Below are positions 50,176 through 63,080 of a DNA stretch of 64,000 nucleotides, piece after piece (within the stretch, counting starts at the first letter, position 1; the number at the start of each line of letters is the position of its first letter). Under the pieces are notes generated by a model. That model saw nothing but the letters and a program-made list of their open reading frames with translations, was not told where the DNA came from and made no database searches. Origin of the DNA: Mobula hypostoma. Its lineage: Eukaryota. The position numbers and the translations under genes were made by a program. The DNA is taken from NCBI RefSeq assembly GCF_963921235.1, contig NC_086108.1, forward strand, positions 41,046,001 to 41,110,000. The letters are read 5' to 3'.

Positions 50176-51112
50176 TTTATTCATTTTCATAGATGCTGCC
50201 TGAGTTCCTCCAGCAGTTTATATGTTGCACAGGATTTCCGGCATTTGCAGAATTTCTCGTGTTTATAGTTTATGTGGTTAACCTAAACAGATCCTAGCTG
50301 TCGGTTATTCATTTTTAACAATAGTCCCATATCCTATAGTTTTTGTTTCTATTTGTGTGAGTAGTCAAGTGAAGTCCAATGCATGTCTGCAATTACCTTG
50401 AGTCAATGCAACCTTGGCTTCTCTCTGGTATGGTGGGCATGTGTGGCAGATTCTGGATTTTTACCCTTCCACATACATTGGACCTATTAGTTTCTTAGAG
50501 GCTGTCTCATCAGAGTGGGATAGTTCTTCAGGTATCCCTCCCCCTTCCCCACTCCTCCTCTCCCTCACTCCCTCTCTATCCTTCAGTATTTCTCACCTTT
50601 CTACTAAGAAGCAAAACTAAAGGGACACATGTGTTTGACCATTACTAAACGAGGAGCAAACTCAGCATGTTGGCTGGGAGCAATAGGTTAGTTTTCCCCC
50701 ATAGTACTATACCTTCTACCTCTGCTCCAGTCACTGTCCACAGTTAAGAGATGGGCACATCTCTGACAGTTGCTTTCGTAATTACATCATGTGCCCCTTC
50801 ACCTTGTTTCTATTTCATGTTTCTGATGCATTTATCCTACACTTTGTATGCTGGTGCCAATTGCTTTCTGCTAACTCATCGTCTCTGTTTATATAGAATT
50901 CCAGTGCAGGACTGTGTTGTTTGGGTCAGTTGGTCTCTGTCTTCTACCCAACGTCATAAACAAAAACATCTATTTGTTTCCATTTACGTACATGTCTGAA
51001 ATCCACTTAATGAAAATGAAGTCCACCGTAAACTAGTTCATGTGGTAGCAAGTCCCCGATTCTCAGCACAGACTTTGCTGGATCTATTGGAGACAGTCTT
51101 AAGTTTATGATT

Positions 51113-51560
51113 CATAGAATATAGAAGAGTACAGCATACAGGCCCTTCAGCCCATGAGGCAGTGCTGACGTTTTAACCTATTCTAAAAATCAACCTACCG
51201 CTTCACTCCTGTATAGCCCTCCAAGTTTCTCTCATCCATGTGCCTATCTAAGTAAGTAATGTGAAACGAGAACAAAATAAAACTGAGGCAGTATCCATTC
51301 AAAAGTGTATTGATGGAGAGGAAGAATCTGTTCCTGAAATATTCGGTGTGTGTCTTCGGGCTCCTATACCTCCTCCTTGATGGTAGCAATGAGAAGAGGG
51401 CATGTCCAGCGTAATGGGAGTCTTTAATAATGGTCCCTAATATATCTGCCTCTACCACGACCCTGGCAGTACGCTCCACACACCCACCACCCTGAATGTT
51501 AAAAAAAAATCGACCTCTGACATCCCCCTACACTTTCCTCCAATCACTTTCAAATTATAG
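51113..51560 (-). mobile_element. CR1 3' fragment containing a Rex1 piece (~51255-51430)
   Basis: Tail catagaatatagaa, ggcccttcagccc; ORF 51195-51479 fuses CR1 VVEAD with Rex1 LFSLLPSRRRYR. Confidence 0.8.
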
Positions 51561-51563
51561 TGT

Positions 51564-54500
51564 CATAGATTAATAGAAAAGTACAGCACAAAAAACAGGC
51601 CCTTTGGCTCATCTAGTCCGTGCCGAGCCATTTAAACTACCTGCTCCCTTTGACCTGCACGGACCATAGCCCTCTATACCTCCACCACCCATGTACCTAT
51701 CCAAACTTCCCTTAAACACTGTAATCAAGCTCGTATGCACCACTTATGCTGGCAGCTCATTCCGCACCCTCTGAGTGAAGAAGTTTTCCCTCACGTTCCC
51801 CTTAAACTTTTCACCTTCCACTCTTAACCCATGACCTTTGGTTGTAGTCCCACCCAACCTCAGTGGAAAAAGCATGCTTGCATTTACTCTAAAAATACCC
51901 CGCATAAATGTGTATACTTCTATCAAATCTCCTCTCAATTGTTCATGTTCCAAGGAATAAAGTCCTAACCTATTCAATCTTTTCTTATGATGCAAGTTCT
52001 TCAGACGCAGCATCATCCTCATAAACTTTTTCTGAACTCTCTCAACAATATTTATATACTTCCTGTAGGTAGGTGACCAAAAATGCGTGCAATCCTCCAA
52101 ACTAGACTTCACCAACATTTTATACAACTTCAACATAACATCCCATCTCCTGAACTCAGTACTTTGATATATGAAGGCAAATGTACCAAAAGCTTTATTT
52201 ACAACCCTGTCTACCTGTGACAGCACTTTCATCAAATTCTGGACCTGTATTCCCAGATTCCTTTGTTCCACTGCACTCCTCAATGCCCTACCATTCACAG
52301 TGTATGACCTACCCTGGTTGGTCCCACCAAAATGCAACACCTCCCACTTGTTAGCATTAAGTTCCATCTGACATTTTTCAGCTGCTCAAGATCCAACTAC
52401 AAGCCATGATAGCCTTCTTTGCTGTACACTACACCCTCAATCTTTGTGTCATCTGCAAATATACTGATCCAGGTTCCCACATTATCATCCACATCATTAA
52501 TATAGATGACAAACAAAAAGGACCCAGCACTGATCCATGTGGCACTCCACTAGTCACAGGCCTCCAGTAAGAGAGGCAACCATCTACTATGACTCTCTGG
52601 TTTGTTCTACAAAGCCAATGACTAATCCATTATATTACCACAGTTTGGACACCAAACGACTGAATCTCTTGATCCACCTCCCATGCGGGACCTTGTAAAA
52701 CGTCTCGCTAACGTCCATACAGACAACATCCACTGCGTTGCCTTCATCACCTTTCCTGGTAACTTCCTCGAAAAACTCTATAAAGTTGGTTAGACATGAC
52801 CTAACACACCTGAAACCACACTGACTATCCTTAATCAATCCATGTTTACTCAAATACGCAATATATCCAGCTCCTTAGAATACCTTCCTATAAACAAAGA
52901 TGATTTAAGTATCAGAGTCAGAATCAGGTTTAGTAGCACTGGCAGATGACGTGATATTTGCTACCTTTGTGGTAACAGTACAATGTGATACATGATAATA
53001 TAGAAAAAAAGCTGTGAATTACAGTAAGAATATATATGCATAGCCAATAGTTAATTTAAATAAGTAGTGCAAAAACAGAAAAAAAGTAATGAGGTAGTGT
53101 TCATAATTTAAATATCCATTCAGAAATTGGATGGCAGAGGGAACTAGCTGCTCCTAAATTGCTGAGTGTGTGCCTTTAGGCTTCTGTACCTCCCTCTTGA
53201 TGGTAACAGTGAGAAGAGGGCATGTCCTGGGTGATGGAGGTCCTTTCTGAGGTACCGCTCCTTGAAGATATCTTGGACACTACGGAGACTAGCTCCCATG
53301 AAGAAGATGAGTAACTTTACTTACTCTGCAGCTTACTTCAATCCTGAGCACTAGCCCCTTCACACCAGACAGTGATGCAACTAGTTAGAATGCCCTCCAG
53401 GGTACATCCGTAGAAATTTTTGAGTGTTTTAGGTGACATTCCAAATCTGCTCAAACTCATAATGAAATATAGCCTCAGTTTTACCTTCCTATCGAGCTGC
53501 ATCGATATGTTGGGACAAGGTTTCAGCACCCAAGAACTTCAAATTGCTAACTCTTTCCACTTCTGATCCTTCTATTAGGATTGGTTTAAGTTTCCTCATT
53601 TTACCCTTTCTAAAGTCCACAATCATTTCTTTGGTCTTATTGACACTGAGTGCAAGGTTGTCACTGCGACACCACTCTACTAGCTGGTATCTTGCCCTGT
53701 GCACCTTCTCATTACCATCTGAGATTCTGCAATCAATGTTTGTTTTATCAGCACATTTAGCGATGGCATTCAGGTTGTGCCTAGCCACATAGCTGTCTCT
53801 GCTAGGGCTCCAGCACTTTCTGCACTTGCCTTCTGCGAGGGAGCACTTTGTCAGGCCCTGGGAATTTATCTACCCTAATTTACCTCAGGAGAACAAACAC
53901 CTCCTCCTCTTTAATGTGCATAGGGTCTGTGAAGTTGATATTGCTTTGCCTCACTTCCATAAACTCTGTGTCTGTCTCCTGAGTAAATACAGGTGCAAAA
54001 TATTTATTTAAGATCTCCCCCATTTCCTTTGGCTTTACATAGGGGTTACCATTCTGTTCTTCAAGTGGACCAATTTTCTCCCTTGCAATCCTTTTGTTCT
54101 TAACATATCTGTAGAGTCCCTTAGGATTCTCCTTCTTCTTGTCTGCTGGGGCAACCTCATGCCTTCGTTTAGCCCTCTTGATTTCTTTCTTAAGTGTTCT
54201 CTTGCATTTCTTATACTCCATAAGTACCTCATTTGTTCCTACCTGCCTATACCTGCTATGCACCTCCTCTTTTTTTTCTTAACCAGGGCCTCAATATCTC
54301 ATGAAAACCAAGGTTCTTTACACCTGTTATCATTACCTTTTATTTTGACAAGCACATACAAGCTTTGTACTCTCACAATTTCACTTTTGAATGTTTCCCA
54401 AGTACATCTTTGCCAGGTAATGGACTAACCTAATCCACACTTGCCAGATCCTTTCTGATACCGTCAAAATTGGCCATTGTCCACTTGAGAATCTCAACCC

Positions 54501-56230
54501 GTGAACCAGACCTGTCTTTATGCATATTTACTTTGAAACTAATGGCATTGTGATCACTGGATCCAAAGTGTTCTCCTACACAGATTTTTGGTCACCAGCC
54601 CAGTTTCATTCTGTAATAGCAGATCAAGTATCGCACACTCTCTCGTTGGGATTTTTATGTACTGCTTAAGGAAACGTTCCTGAGCACATTTGACAAACTC
54701 TATCCCATCATGATATTATCAGTATAAGAATCTCAGTCAATATGTGGGAAGTTAAGATCGCTTACTAAGCAACCTAATGTTTCTTGCAACAGTCTGCAGA
54801 TTTGTTCCTCTAAATCCCTTGGATTGTTTGGTGGTTAGTAATATAGCCCCATTAACTTGGTCATTGGTCATACCTTTCTTATTTCCCAGTTCCACACTAG
54901 ATGAGTTCTCCAGTCTGTCCTGATTGAGCACTGCTGTGACATTTTCCCTGAGTAGTAACGCCACCCGTCCTCCTTTAATCCCTCCAACTCTGTTGTGTCT
55001 AAAACAACAAAATCCCAGAATATTGAGCTTCCAGTCTTGTCTGTCCTGCAACCAAGTCTCACTAATGGCTACAATATGCATGCCCTGAGCTCATCTGGCT
55101 TTCTTACGATACTTCTTGCATTGAAATATATACATAGAACATTAGTTGCGTCATGCTCAACCTTTTGATTCCTGACTTTGTCTGTGGTCTTTACAATATC
55201 TGTCCCCAGAGCCTCTCCACTATCTGTTCTGATACTCCGATTCCCATCCCCCTGCAATCTAGTTTAACCACCCACCCCCCACCCACGCAGCACTAGCAAA
55301 CCTTCCCTTCCAGTTCTTGTGCAAACCGTCTCTTCTATACAGATCCCACCTTCCCTGGAAGGGAGGCCATTGACCCAAAAATCTTATATCCTCCCTCCCA
55401 CGCCAACTCCTTAGCCATATGTTAAACTGTGTAATCTTCCTATTTCTGGCCTCGCTATCACAGGGCACAAGTAGCAGTCTAGAGATCACAACCCTGGAGG
55501 TCCTGCGCTTTAACTTAGCTCCTAACTCTCTGAACTCACTTTGCTGAACCACATCACTCTTTCTGCCTCTGCAATTGGTACCTACATGGACCACAACCTC
55601 TGGCTGTTCTCCCTCCCTCATAAGAATGCCAAGGACTCAATCTGAGATGTCCCAAACACTGGCTCCCGAGAAGCATCATGCCATCCAAGAATCTCATTCT
55701 TATCCACAGAACCTCCTTTCTGTTCCCCTAACTAATGGATCCCTTTTCTCCCAGCTTGCCTCTTCTTCCCCCATCGTTCCTGAGTTGCAGAGTCCAACTC
55801 AGTGCCAGAGACCTGAACGCTGTCACATTCCTCTGCTAGGTAATCCCCCAACCTGTTGTTGAGGTGGGGAGTGGCCACAGGGGTAATCTGCAATGGCTGT
55901 TTAATCCCTTTCCCCTTCCTACAGTCTCCCAATTAACTACCTCTCTATATGTCCCATCTATCACCCCCTCAGCCTCCTGAATGATGTGGAGTTCTTCCAG
56001 TTCCAGCTCCAACTCCTTAACATGGAGTGTTAGAAGCTGCGGCTGGATGCATTTCTCACAGGGATAGTCGTCAGGGATGCTGGAGGTCTCCCTGCCTTCC
56101 CACAAGTGGAGCATTCCACTATCCTTGCTGGAATCTCTACTGTTCTGAGTGAGCAATAAAGAAGAACAATAAACTATTAGGGGTGGATCTCTATGTACAG
56201 CTTTTTTGCCTTCTCTCACTGAAGCCTTGA
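51564..56230 (-). mobile_element. Near-full-length decayed CR1
   Basis: Minus ORFs: DDYPCEKC and VVVHVGTN (ORF1), YFNARSI and AISETW (APE), LTNFIEFFEE and a 207-aa RT C-terminus. Confidence 0.93.
52910..53792 (-). mobile_element. Rex1/Babar 3' fragment nested in CR1
   Basis: ORFs 53338-53788 (LSVNKTKEMIVDFRK, FYGCTLEGIL); tail atcagagtcagaatcagg. Confidence 0.9.
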
Positions 56231-56579
56231 AGAGCTAAAGCCTAAAAGTTCTCCACTCTAACTCTGATCACTTGAACAAGGGCTGCTCTGGTAATATCCA
56301 CTACACTTGCCGCTGCCTTTACTGTAATTTGTTCTTGCCACTGATTTGATTGGCCACTGCTCAAAGCACCAATCTGCCGCAAGTTACTGCTTTTTCTACA
56401 TATTTAGTGAACCTGAATGAGCTATGTCTTCTCAGGCTTCCGATCTCTGACTGGGCGCTGCTCAAAGCTCCAAACTGCCGCAAGTTACTGCATTTCTACT
56501 CATTCAGCAAACCTGTATCTTTCCAGGCTTCCAATCACCAACTGAGCGCAATCAAGCATCAAATTGCAGCAAGTCGCTG

Positions 56580-57460
56580 CCTTTTCAATACGTACAATAC
56601 AGCTCTGATATTCGTCTTCCCCACATAGCCATGAAATACAGAAAAAACCATTGGAGTCATTGAAAGAAAAAACATCAACCCCCTCCCTGCAAAAAAGGGA
56701 AAAAGAAACAAAACTCTCAAACCCCAACCCCCTACCCTTCCCTTGCACAAAAGCTAACAGATTGCCCACATGGAAGATGGTAGCTGGAATATCAAACCCC
56801 AAACCCCCAGATCCCTTCCTCACAAAAGAAGTGACAATAACAACAAACACCCAACCCCCTCCTTCACAGAAAAGAAAAACGACAATAGCATCAAACCCCC
56901 AACCCCCTCCCTCTCACAAAAACTAACGTATCACCCACCCAGATCCCTAACCCACCAATTAGCAACAAGAAATAAAACACAGAAAACTGCAGGAGAGCAA
57001 TATAAACTACAGTCCAGTCATCACGTAAACCTTAGAATTTCAAAAACATCCCCCCATCAGAATCGAACTCATTCCTTCCACGCTGAGTGAATGCCGCGTT
57101 GCTAACCTGCAGCCTTCTGAACATTGCCAACCCGTTGACCCGTGACCTCCGTAGGGAGCGACTGCTAACCTCCTCTCCATTCAACTTGATTCTTCAATCT
57201 TCCTCAACGCTTCAAAATGGAGTCAATCATGGCCCCATGCCCGGTCACTCCACAAGGAGCTCTCGGTCCTTTCCAGGGACAGCAGAGTGCTAGATCATTC
57301 GATTGAACTCCAAACTGCATGTTACAGGCTCCAACAGTTTCTGAAACACTATCAAGACAAAAAGAGCATGCAGAAAGTGTAAAGAAAGTGAAATAATTAA
57401 AGAGATTGGCTATCTGGAAGATGTCACCCAAGGAATCGTTGCTCGTTGGCACCACCTCTC
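56580..57460 (-). mobile_element. Non-coding retroposon with degenerate AAGATGG-like head
   Basis: Minus start gaggtggtgccaacgagc; 3' region tacaatacagctctgatattcgtcttc resembles 4010-4040. Confidence 0.5.
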
Positions 57461-57584
57461 CTATCTATGTACCCATACAACTGTCTTTTTTTTATTGTAC
57501 CTGCCTCAACTGTTTCCTCTGGCAACTCTTCCCATTTACTGAACACTCTCTGCATGAAGTTGCCACCTCGGTTGTCACTGTTGG

Positions 57585-57680
57585 CGTGCCTTCACCAGAG
57601 GAACTGTAATATTTCAAGAAGTGGCTCACCACCAGCTTCTCAAGGGAACTTAGGGATGGGCAATAAATGCTGGCCCTGTT
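57585..57680 (+). mobile_element. LINE (CR1-clade-like) 3' terminus relic
   Basis: ttcaagaagtggctcaccaccagcttctcaaggg...agggatgggcaataaatgctggcc. Confidence 0.55.
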
Positions 57681-57894
57681 ATTAATACCCAGATGTACAC
57701 CTGTATGGAGGACTTGCTCAAAGTGGTCTCTTGTTCTTGGGGGATAACATAAACATCAGCATTTCTCTCCAGACACTGGGTGAACAACCGAGACAGTACT
57801 TTGTGCTTAGATGACAAGCTGATGAGGATCTTTTCAGGAAAGAGAATGAGATGGAGGGTTGTTGGGAGGGAGCTTCTATTCTTCCTGCATCTGT

Positions 57895-58035
57895 AGATCC
57901 TTTGTGATGAAGGGACTCAGTCCGAAACATCAACTGTTTAGTCCTTTTCATAGATGCTACTTGACCTGCTGAGTTCTTCCAGCATTTTGTCTGTGTTCTC
58001 TGGATTTCCACTATCTGCAGAATCTCTTGTGTTTG
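57895..58035 (+). mobile_element. Solo PLE pLTR with degenerate hammerhead
   Basis: gtgatgaagggactcagtccgaaacatcaactg...catagatgct...tctgcagaatctcttgtgttt. Confidence 0.85.
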
Positions 58036-58274
58036 CTGTGGTTCCTGGCTTTCGATGGGTCTAGGATAGCCAGTCTGAAGAGTCACATGAGTGGAAAATC
58101 AGCAGTAACTGGCTTTTTAACATTTAATTATTTTTAATATTCTTAATTATTATGCTTTAAATATATTTTTAATATTGTAAATGATTATATTTATTTCAAT
58201 TGTTTTAAATGCCTTTGATTATTAGAGACATTCAGAAGTAGATCGAGAAGACTTTGAGTTAAATCCCTTGGAGA

Positions 58275-58623
58275 CAGGGTGTAGTAACATCATGAAGGGT
58301 CTTACCCACCCTACTCATGGACTTTTTATCCCACTCCCATCAGGGCGGAGGCTATGCAGCATTCATACCAGGACTACCAGACTCATAAACAGCTACTTTC
58401 CTTAAGCAGTAAGGCTGATCAACACCTCCTCTCATGAAGCCACCACCCCCACACTCCCAACCACCACTAATTTATCATTTCTTGTCAGTCACCTTATGTA
58501 CAGTCACTCCTGTTCCAAGTGTCACCTTATGGACATTTCGTTTTTGTGCTGCATCAGATACGGAGTAACTATTCTCCTTTGCACTTGTGTACTGGAAATG
58601 ACATTAAACAACCTTGAACTTGA
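58275..58623 (+). mobile_element. Rex1/Babar 3' terminal fragment
   Basis: ccactcccatcagggcggagg (PLPSGRR); tail attaaacaaccttgaacttga. Confidence 0.8.
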
Positions 58624-59374
58624 GGAGCTGCAGTCTGAGAATTGGTGTCTGGTTTCTGACTACATTGAGGTATGGCCATGGGGCCCTGGTATGTTTCTGT
58701 GCCTGCAGACATCATGTGGCAGGGAGTGAGGAGTGGAGAGGAAGATCTGAATATGAGGCACAGGCCATTTATACGTGATCCAGCCCAATATTTCTAAAAT
58801 CACCCTTTCTCCCCCTTCTTGATTAAATGCCATCTCCCATCTGGCAGAGGCCCCTGCAGGCATATAATTCTCTGACATTCTTGGCAGCTTTCCCTTCATT
58901 GACTTCTACATTTGTTACAGATTCCCGGGATGATTGAATGCCAGTTACCTCAAAACATCCTAAAGTTTATCACCGTGCATCCACACTTATTCGGCTGAAG
59001 CTGCCAAAACCAATTTTATATTGGAACTTCTAAACAGCAGGGAGACACTTTCATCTTTTGAGCCAAAACTGGATTTGAACCCCTGTCACATCAGTGAAAG
59101 AAATGCTCACTGAAACTTTCCTGTCATCTCCCTGCACTTTGTATCATATAAATGTATATTTTCTACATATCAGTTATGAGAGGGGAATGGATCATCATAA
59201 ATTAATAGTTCTGAGCGCAAGATTTCTAGGCAGTATTCATTCAGCCCTGGGTGACTTTAAGTGCTTCCTCTTTGCTTAAGATTATTATTTCAACTCAAAG
59301 TAGTGATTGATAAAAAGTAGTGATAATCAGTTTGAAGGTTTTAGATATAAATTATCCATTTGTCATTTTATTTT

Positions 59375-59540
59375 CTGTAACAGCTTGTATTAATGTAGGG
59401 TCTTAAATACAGTAAAATACCTCTTGGTAATTCGCAGGAGTGTTAACAAACAAGGTTTAACATTGAAATTACAACAGATGACTGAAAGCTTTATTAAAAA
59501 CTAGGTTTCTAAAGAGTATCTTGGACGATTACAGGGAGGT
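59375..59540 (-). mobile_element. L2-like 3' relic
   Basis: gatgactgaaagcttt...taggtttctaaagagtatctt resembles an inverted L2 3' end. Confidence 0.4.
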
Positions 59541-59579
59541 ACTATTCTTAATTCTATTCTTCCCACACCTGTCGTGTCT

Positions 59580-61195
59580 TTTCTTTTTTTAATTTTTTTT
59601 TGCTCAGCATAACAAAACCTTCAATTTCCAGGTACATTTACATTTCTTCCCCTCACAGATATCAGCTATCAGAACACTTCCTTCAAAATATAGACATCAC
59701 CACCACATCCTATACAAAAACCCTTATTAGTATAGCAGACAGGTTTACATCTACATATTGTAGAAAAGGTTGCCATGTTTTACAAAAAACTATTTGTGTT
59801 TTAGTGTACCATATATATTAAAAAGTCCAAAGGAATGTATTCCATGATTAATTTAAGCCAACTAGAAAGTCCAGGGACCTTATCGGATATCCAACAAAGT
59901 AAAACTTTCTTCCTCGCACAAAAAGTCAGGATATTAAAAAGTTTTTTTTCTGATGTGCATTAATAATTCAACTGCTGGGTAGGCCTAAGAGAAAAGACAC
60001 TGGGTCCAGTTCAAGCTCCATCTTCAGAATCTTTTCCATTTCACCCAAAATATCACTCCAGTATGCTTGAAGTTTGGGACAAGTCCAAAAACAATGAGCG
60101 AGAGTTCCAGTATATCCTTTACATTTAGAACACATTGGAGAAACCCCAGTCTTAAATTTTGAGAGACGATCTGGAGACAGATGGGCTCTATGCGGAATTT
60201 TGAGTTGCAATACTTTAGTTCTATTACAAACTGAAATTTTCTTTGCATTATCACAGATGTCTTCCCATGTTTCAGCTGTAATTTCTACTCCCAGCTCTCC
60301 CTCCCAGACCCTTCCCAGCTTCTCAGCCTCCCCACAATAACATTCCCTCAGGGTACTGTAAAAAGTACTAATGGGGACTTCACCCTTAGAACAAAACACC
60401 CTCTTTTTTATGTCAGAACTATAGAAATCAGTTAACAATGACATTTTTTTTGTATATAATCTCTTATCTGAAAGAAACGAAGAAGATCCTTGCTGGGTAT
60501 GTTGAATTTCTGTACTATTTGACTAAAAGACATCTGTGGTAAACCATGTATATAGGTTGTAACTGGGTTACCTGTCTGGACACACCCCTCTGCTGACTGC
60601 TCCTGTAGCTCCTCCCACAGACCCCTGAATAAAGGGGATTGTGCCATCGTTCCTCCCTCAGTCCAGGACAGACACAGCATGGACAAGGCCCCATTTTACT
60701 GTTAATAAAAGCCTTTCAGTACTTACTCTACTTCCGGTCTTTTGGTGTAATTGATAGTGCATCAACATCATCGTTCCTTCATCAAACAAGTCTCCTAGAT
60801 GGAAAATACCCTTAGAAATCCAAAGTTTAAATCCAGAATCCAATATGCCAGGCTGAAAATCTGGACTGCCGGTTATTGGAGTGAAGGGTGATATTTTCGC
60901 TGTGTTGCCCTCAAGTTGTCGCACCGCCCTCCAAGCCCTGACTGTATTAATTGTTATTGGATTGTGACAACATTCCTTAACTAATTTCATCTTATTGAGG
61001 AAAAGCAAAGTTAATAAGAGGGCATTTTGTTTGTGAGGCTTCAATGTCCAGCCAGATTGAGGAGGGATCCCTGCAAACCCAGTCAACCACATAAGATAAA
61101 AAGGAACTTAATTGGTATTTTTTGATGTCTGGAAAATCCAGAACCCTTAGACTACAGGGAATCTGTAACTTAGACATTTTAATACAGGGTCTTTG
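59580..61195 (-). mobile_element. L1-clade LINE 3' fragment (Cys-rich C-terminus)
   Basis: ORF 59968-60444 LQLKIPHRAHLSP...CSKC...LAHCFWTCPKL; poly(A) tail seen as a T-run at 59578-59600. Confidence 0.9.
60535..60764 (+). mobile_element. Solo LTR (230 bp) inserted in L1
   Basis: TG...CA ends, AATAAA, 5-bp TSD acatc at 60530-60534 and 60765-60769; L1 resumes on both sides. Confidence 0.88.
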
Positions 61196-61344
61196 TGGTG
61201 TCTTTTCTTAACTGTAACCCAGGAACCCCCTTTCTCTATCTGCTCTTGGAAAGCTTCTGATCCTCCTCTTATACACATGTGATCAAAGTCATTTTTTCTG
61301 TGATACCGTTATTTTTGCTGATAATTCGCAGAAGTTATGTCTGT

Positions 61345-61495
61345 TGAATCCAGTGCAGGAACTTGAAGACCTGCACTCAATGATTTCTCTCCTCTGCCAT
61401 TAGATTTCTAACTACCCCATTATTCCTTCTTAAGCACTATTTAGTTATTTTTGTAATTTGTAGTCATTTTGTGTCTTTGCACTGCCATGCTGCCA
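61345..61495 (+). mobile_element. Rex1/Babar 3'UTR fragment
   Basis: tgaagacctgcactcaatgatt...ctctgccattagatttct parallels 10545-10605. Confidence 0.6.
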
Positions 61496-61499
61496 TATA

Positions 61500-62135
61500 T
61501 ATTAGATTATTAGATTATGAGGACATGCAGTCCTCTTCTATTGTCATTTAGTAATGCATGCATTAAGAAATGATACAATATTCCTCCGGTATGATATCAC
61601 AAAAACACAGAACAGACCAAGACTGAAAAACTAACAAAAACCACATAATTATAACATACAGTTACAACAGTGCAACAATACCATAAATTGATGAAGAACA
61701 GGCCATGGCACAGTAAAAAAGTTCAAAGTCTCTCAAATGTCCCACATCTCACGCAGACGGGAGAAGGAAGAAAAACTCTCCCTGCCATGCCCGACCACAG
61801 TCCGACTCTGAGTCGTCCGAAAACTTCGAGCCTCCGATCAGCCCTCCGACACCAAGTACCGAGCACCATCTCTATCCGAACAATTCGACCTCAGCCTCGG
61901 TCGCCAGCAGCAGGCAAAGCCGGGGATTCTGGGGCCTTCCCTCCGGAAGATTCTCGATCGCCCAGTAACAGCGGCAGCGAACCGGCGTTTCAGAAATTTT
62001 TCCAGATGTTCCTCTGTGCTTTCACATCTGTCTCCATCAAATCAGAATTGTCCGCGGCCCCTATTTAACAGAAACGATATCATTTTCACCAGAGAGCTGC
62101 GCGCGTGCATTGCGCTGCCATCTTCTCCTCCCGCC
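61500..62135 (-). mobile_element. Young non-coding retroposon with AAGATGGC head and (taatc)n-like tail
   Basis: Minus start ggcgggaggagaagatggcagcgc; CpG-rich body; minus-strand tail gacaataga...cataatctaataatctaat. Confidence 0.7.
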
Positions 62136-62170
62136 TATAGATATATATGAATATAAAAATAATTTTTAGA

Positions 62171-62791
62171 CGAGGGGTGATTGATAAGTTCATGGCTTAA
62201 GGTGGAAGGAGTCAATTTTAGAAAACTTAACACATTTATTTTTCAATATAGTCCCCTCCTACGTGTGCACACTTAGTTCAGTGGTCATGGAGCATACGGA
62301 TTCCTTCTTTGTAGAAGTGCTCCACAGCAGGGGTGATTGATAAGTTCATGGGCTAACTTACAAGGAGATGAGTTATTAACTTCAAACTTCTGCATTATCA
62401 CTCAGAGAGTTGAACTGCATATGCATGTAACGAGAGCATCTTGGACCTCAAGAAGTGGTTCACAGCAGGGGTTATTGATAGGTTTGTGGCCTAAGGTAGA
62501 AGGAGATGAGTTATACAGTTCTCGTTACATGCACATGCAGTTCAACTCTTCGAGTGAAAATGCAGAAAGTTTGAAGTTAATAACTCATTTCCTTCTACCT
62601 TAGGCCACAAAATTATCAATCACCCTTGCTGTGGACCGCTTCTGGAGGTCCAAGACGCCGACTTCTACAAAGCTGGGATCCATATGTTCCACAACCGCTG
62701 GACTAAGTGTGTAAATATAGGAAAAGTAAATGTGCTAGGTTTTCTAAAATTGACTCCTTCTACCTTAGGCCACGAACTTATCAATCCCTCG
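62171..62791. mobile_element. Mariner-derived MITE
   Basis: TIR cgaggggtgattgataagttc...gaaggagtcaattttagaaaac; TA on the right flank; arms encode a mariner C-terminus (FYKxGI...TKC...GDYIEK). Confidence 0.9.
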
Positions 62792-62879
62792 TATATAATA
62801 ATTTTTATATATATTAATTTTGCATATAGATAATTTCACATTATATAAATCAATAATAATAACTATGATTCTGATTAAA

Positions 62880-63075
62880 CTGGTAAATTGTTTCTTTTTA
62901 CTTTTTACAGTGATAAATTTGTCTTGCATGCAGTCCAGACTGATCATTTTATTACAACAGTGCATTGAGGTGGAACAAGAGAAAACAGTTAACAAAAGGC
63001 AGAGTATAGTGATACAGATCCAGGGAAATGCAGTGCAATTAGACAATAAGGTGGAAGGCCATAGCGAAGTAGATT
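62880..63075 (-). mobile_element. Probable Rex1/Babar 3'UTR fragment
   Basis: tacagtga..aatttgtcttgcatgcagtccagac...cagtgcattgagg resembles Rex-type 3'UTRs. Confidence 0.45.
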
Positions 63076-63080
63076 CTTAG

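Larger units (their letters stand above)
48685..50264 (+). mobile_element. Penelope-like element (RT C-terminal part, GIY-YIG, pLTR)
   Basis: Colinear with 15180-16510; probable TSD tatagt(c/t)tatg at 48672-48682 and 50264-50274. Confidence 0.92.
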
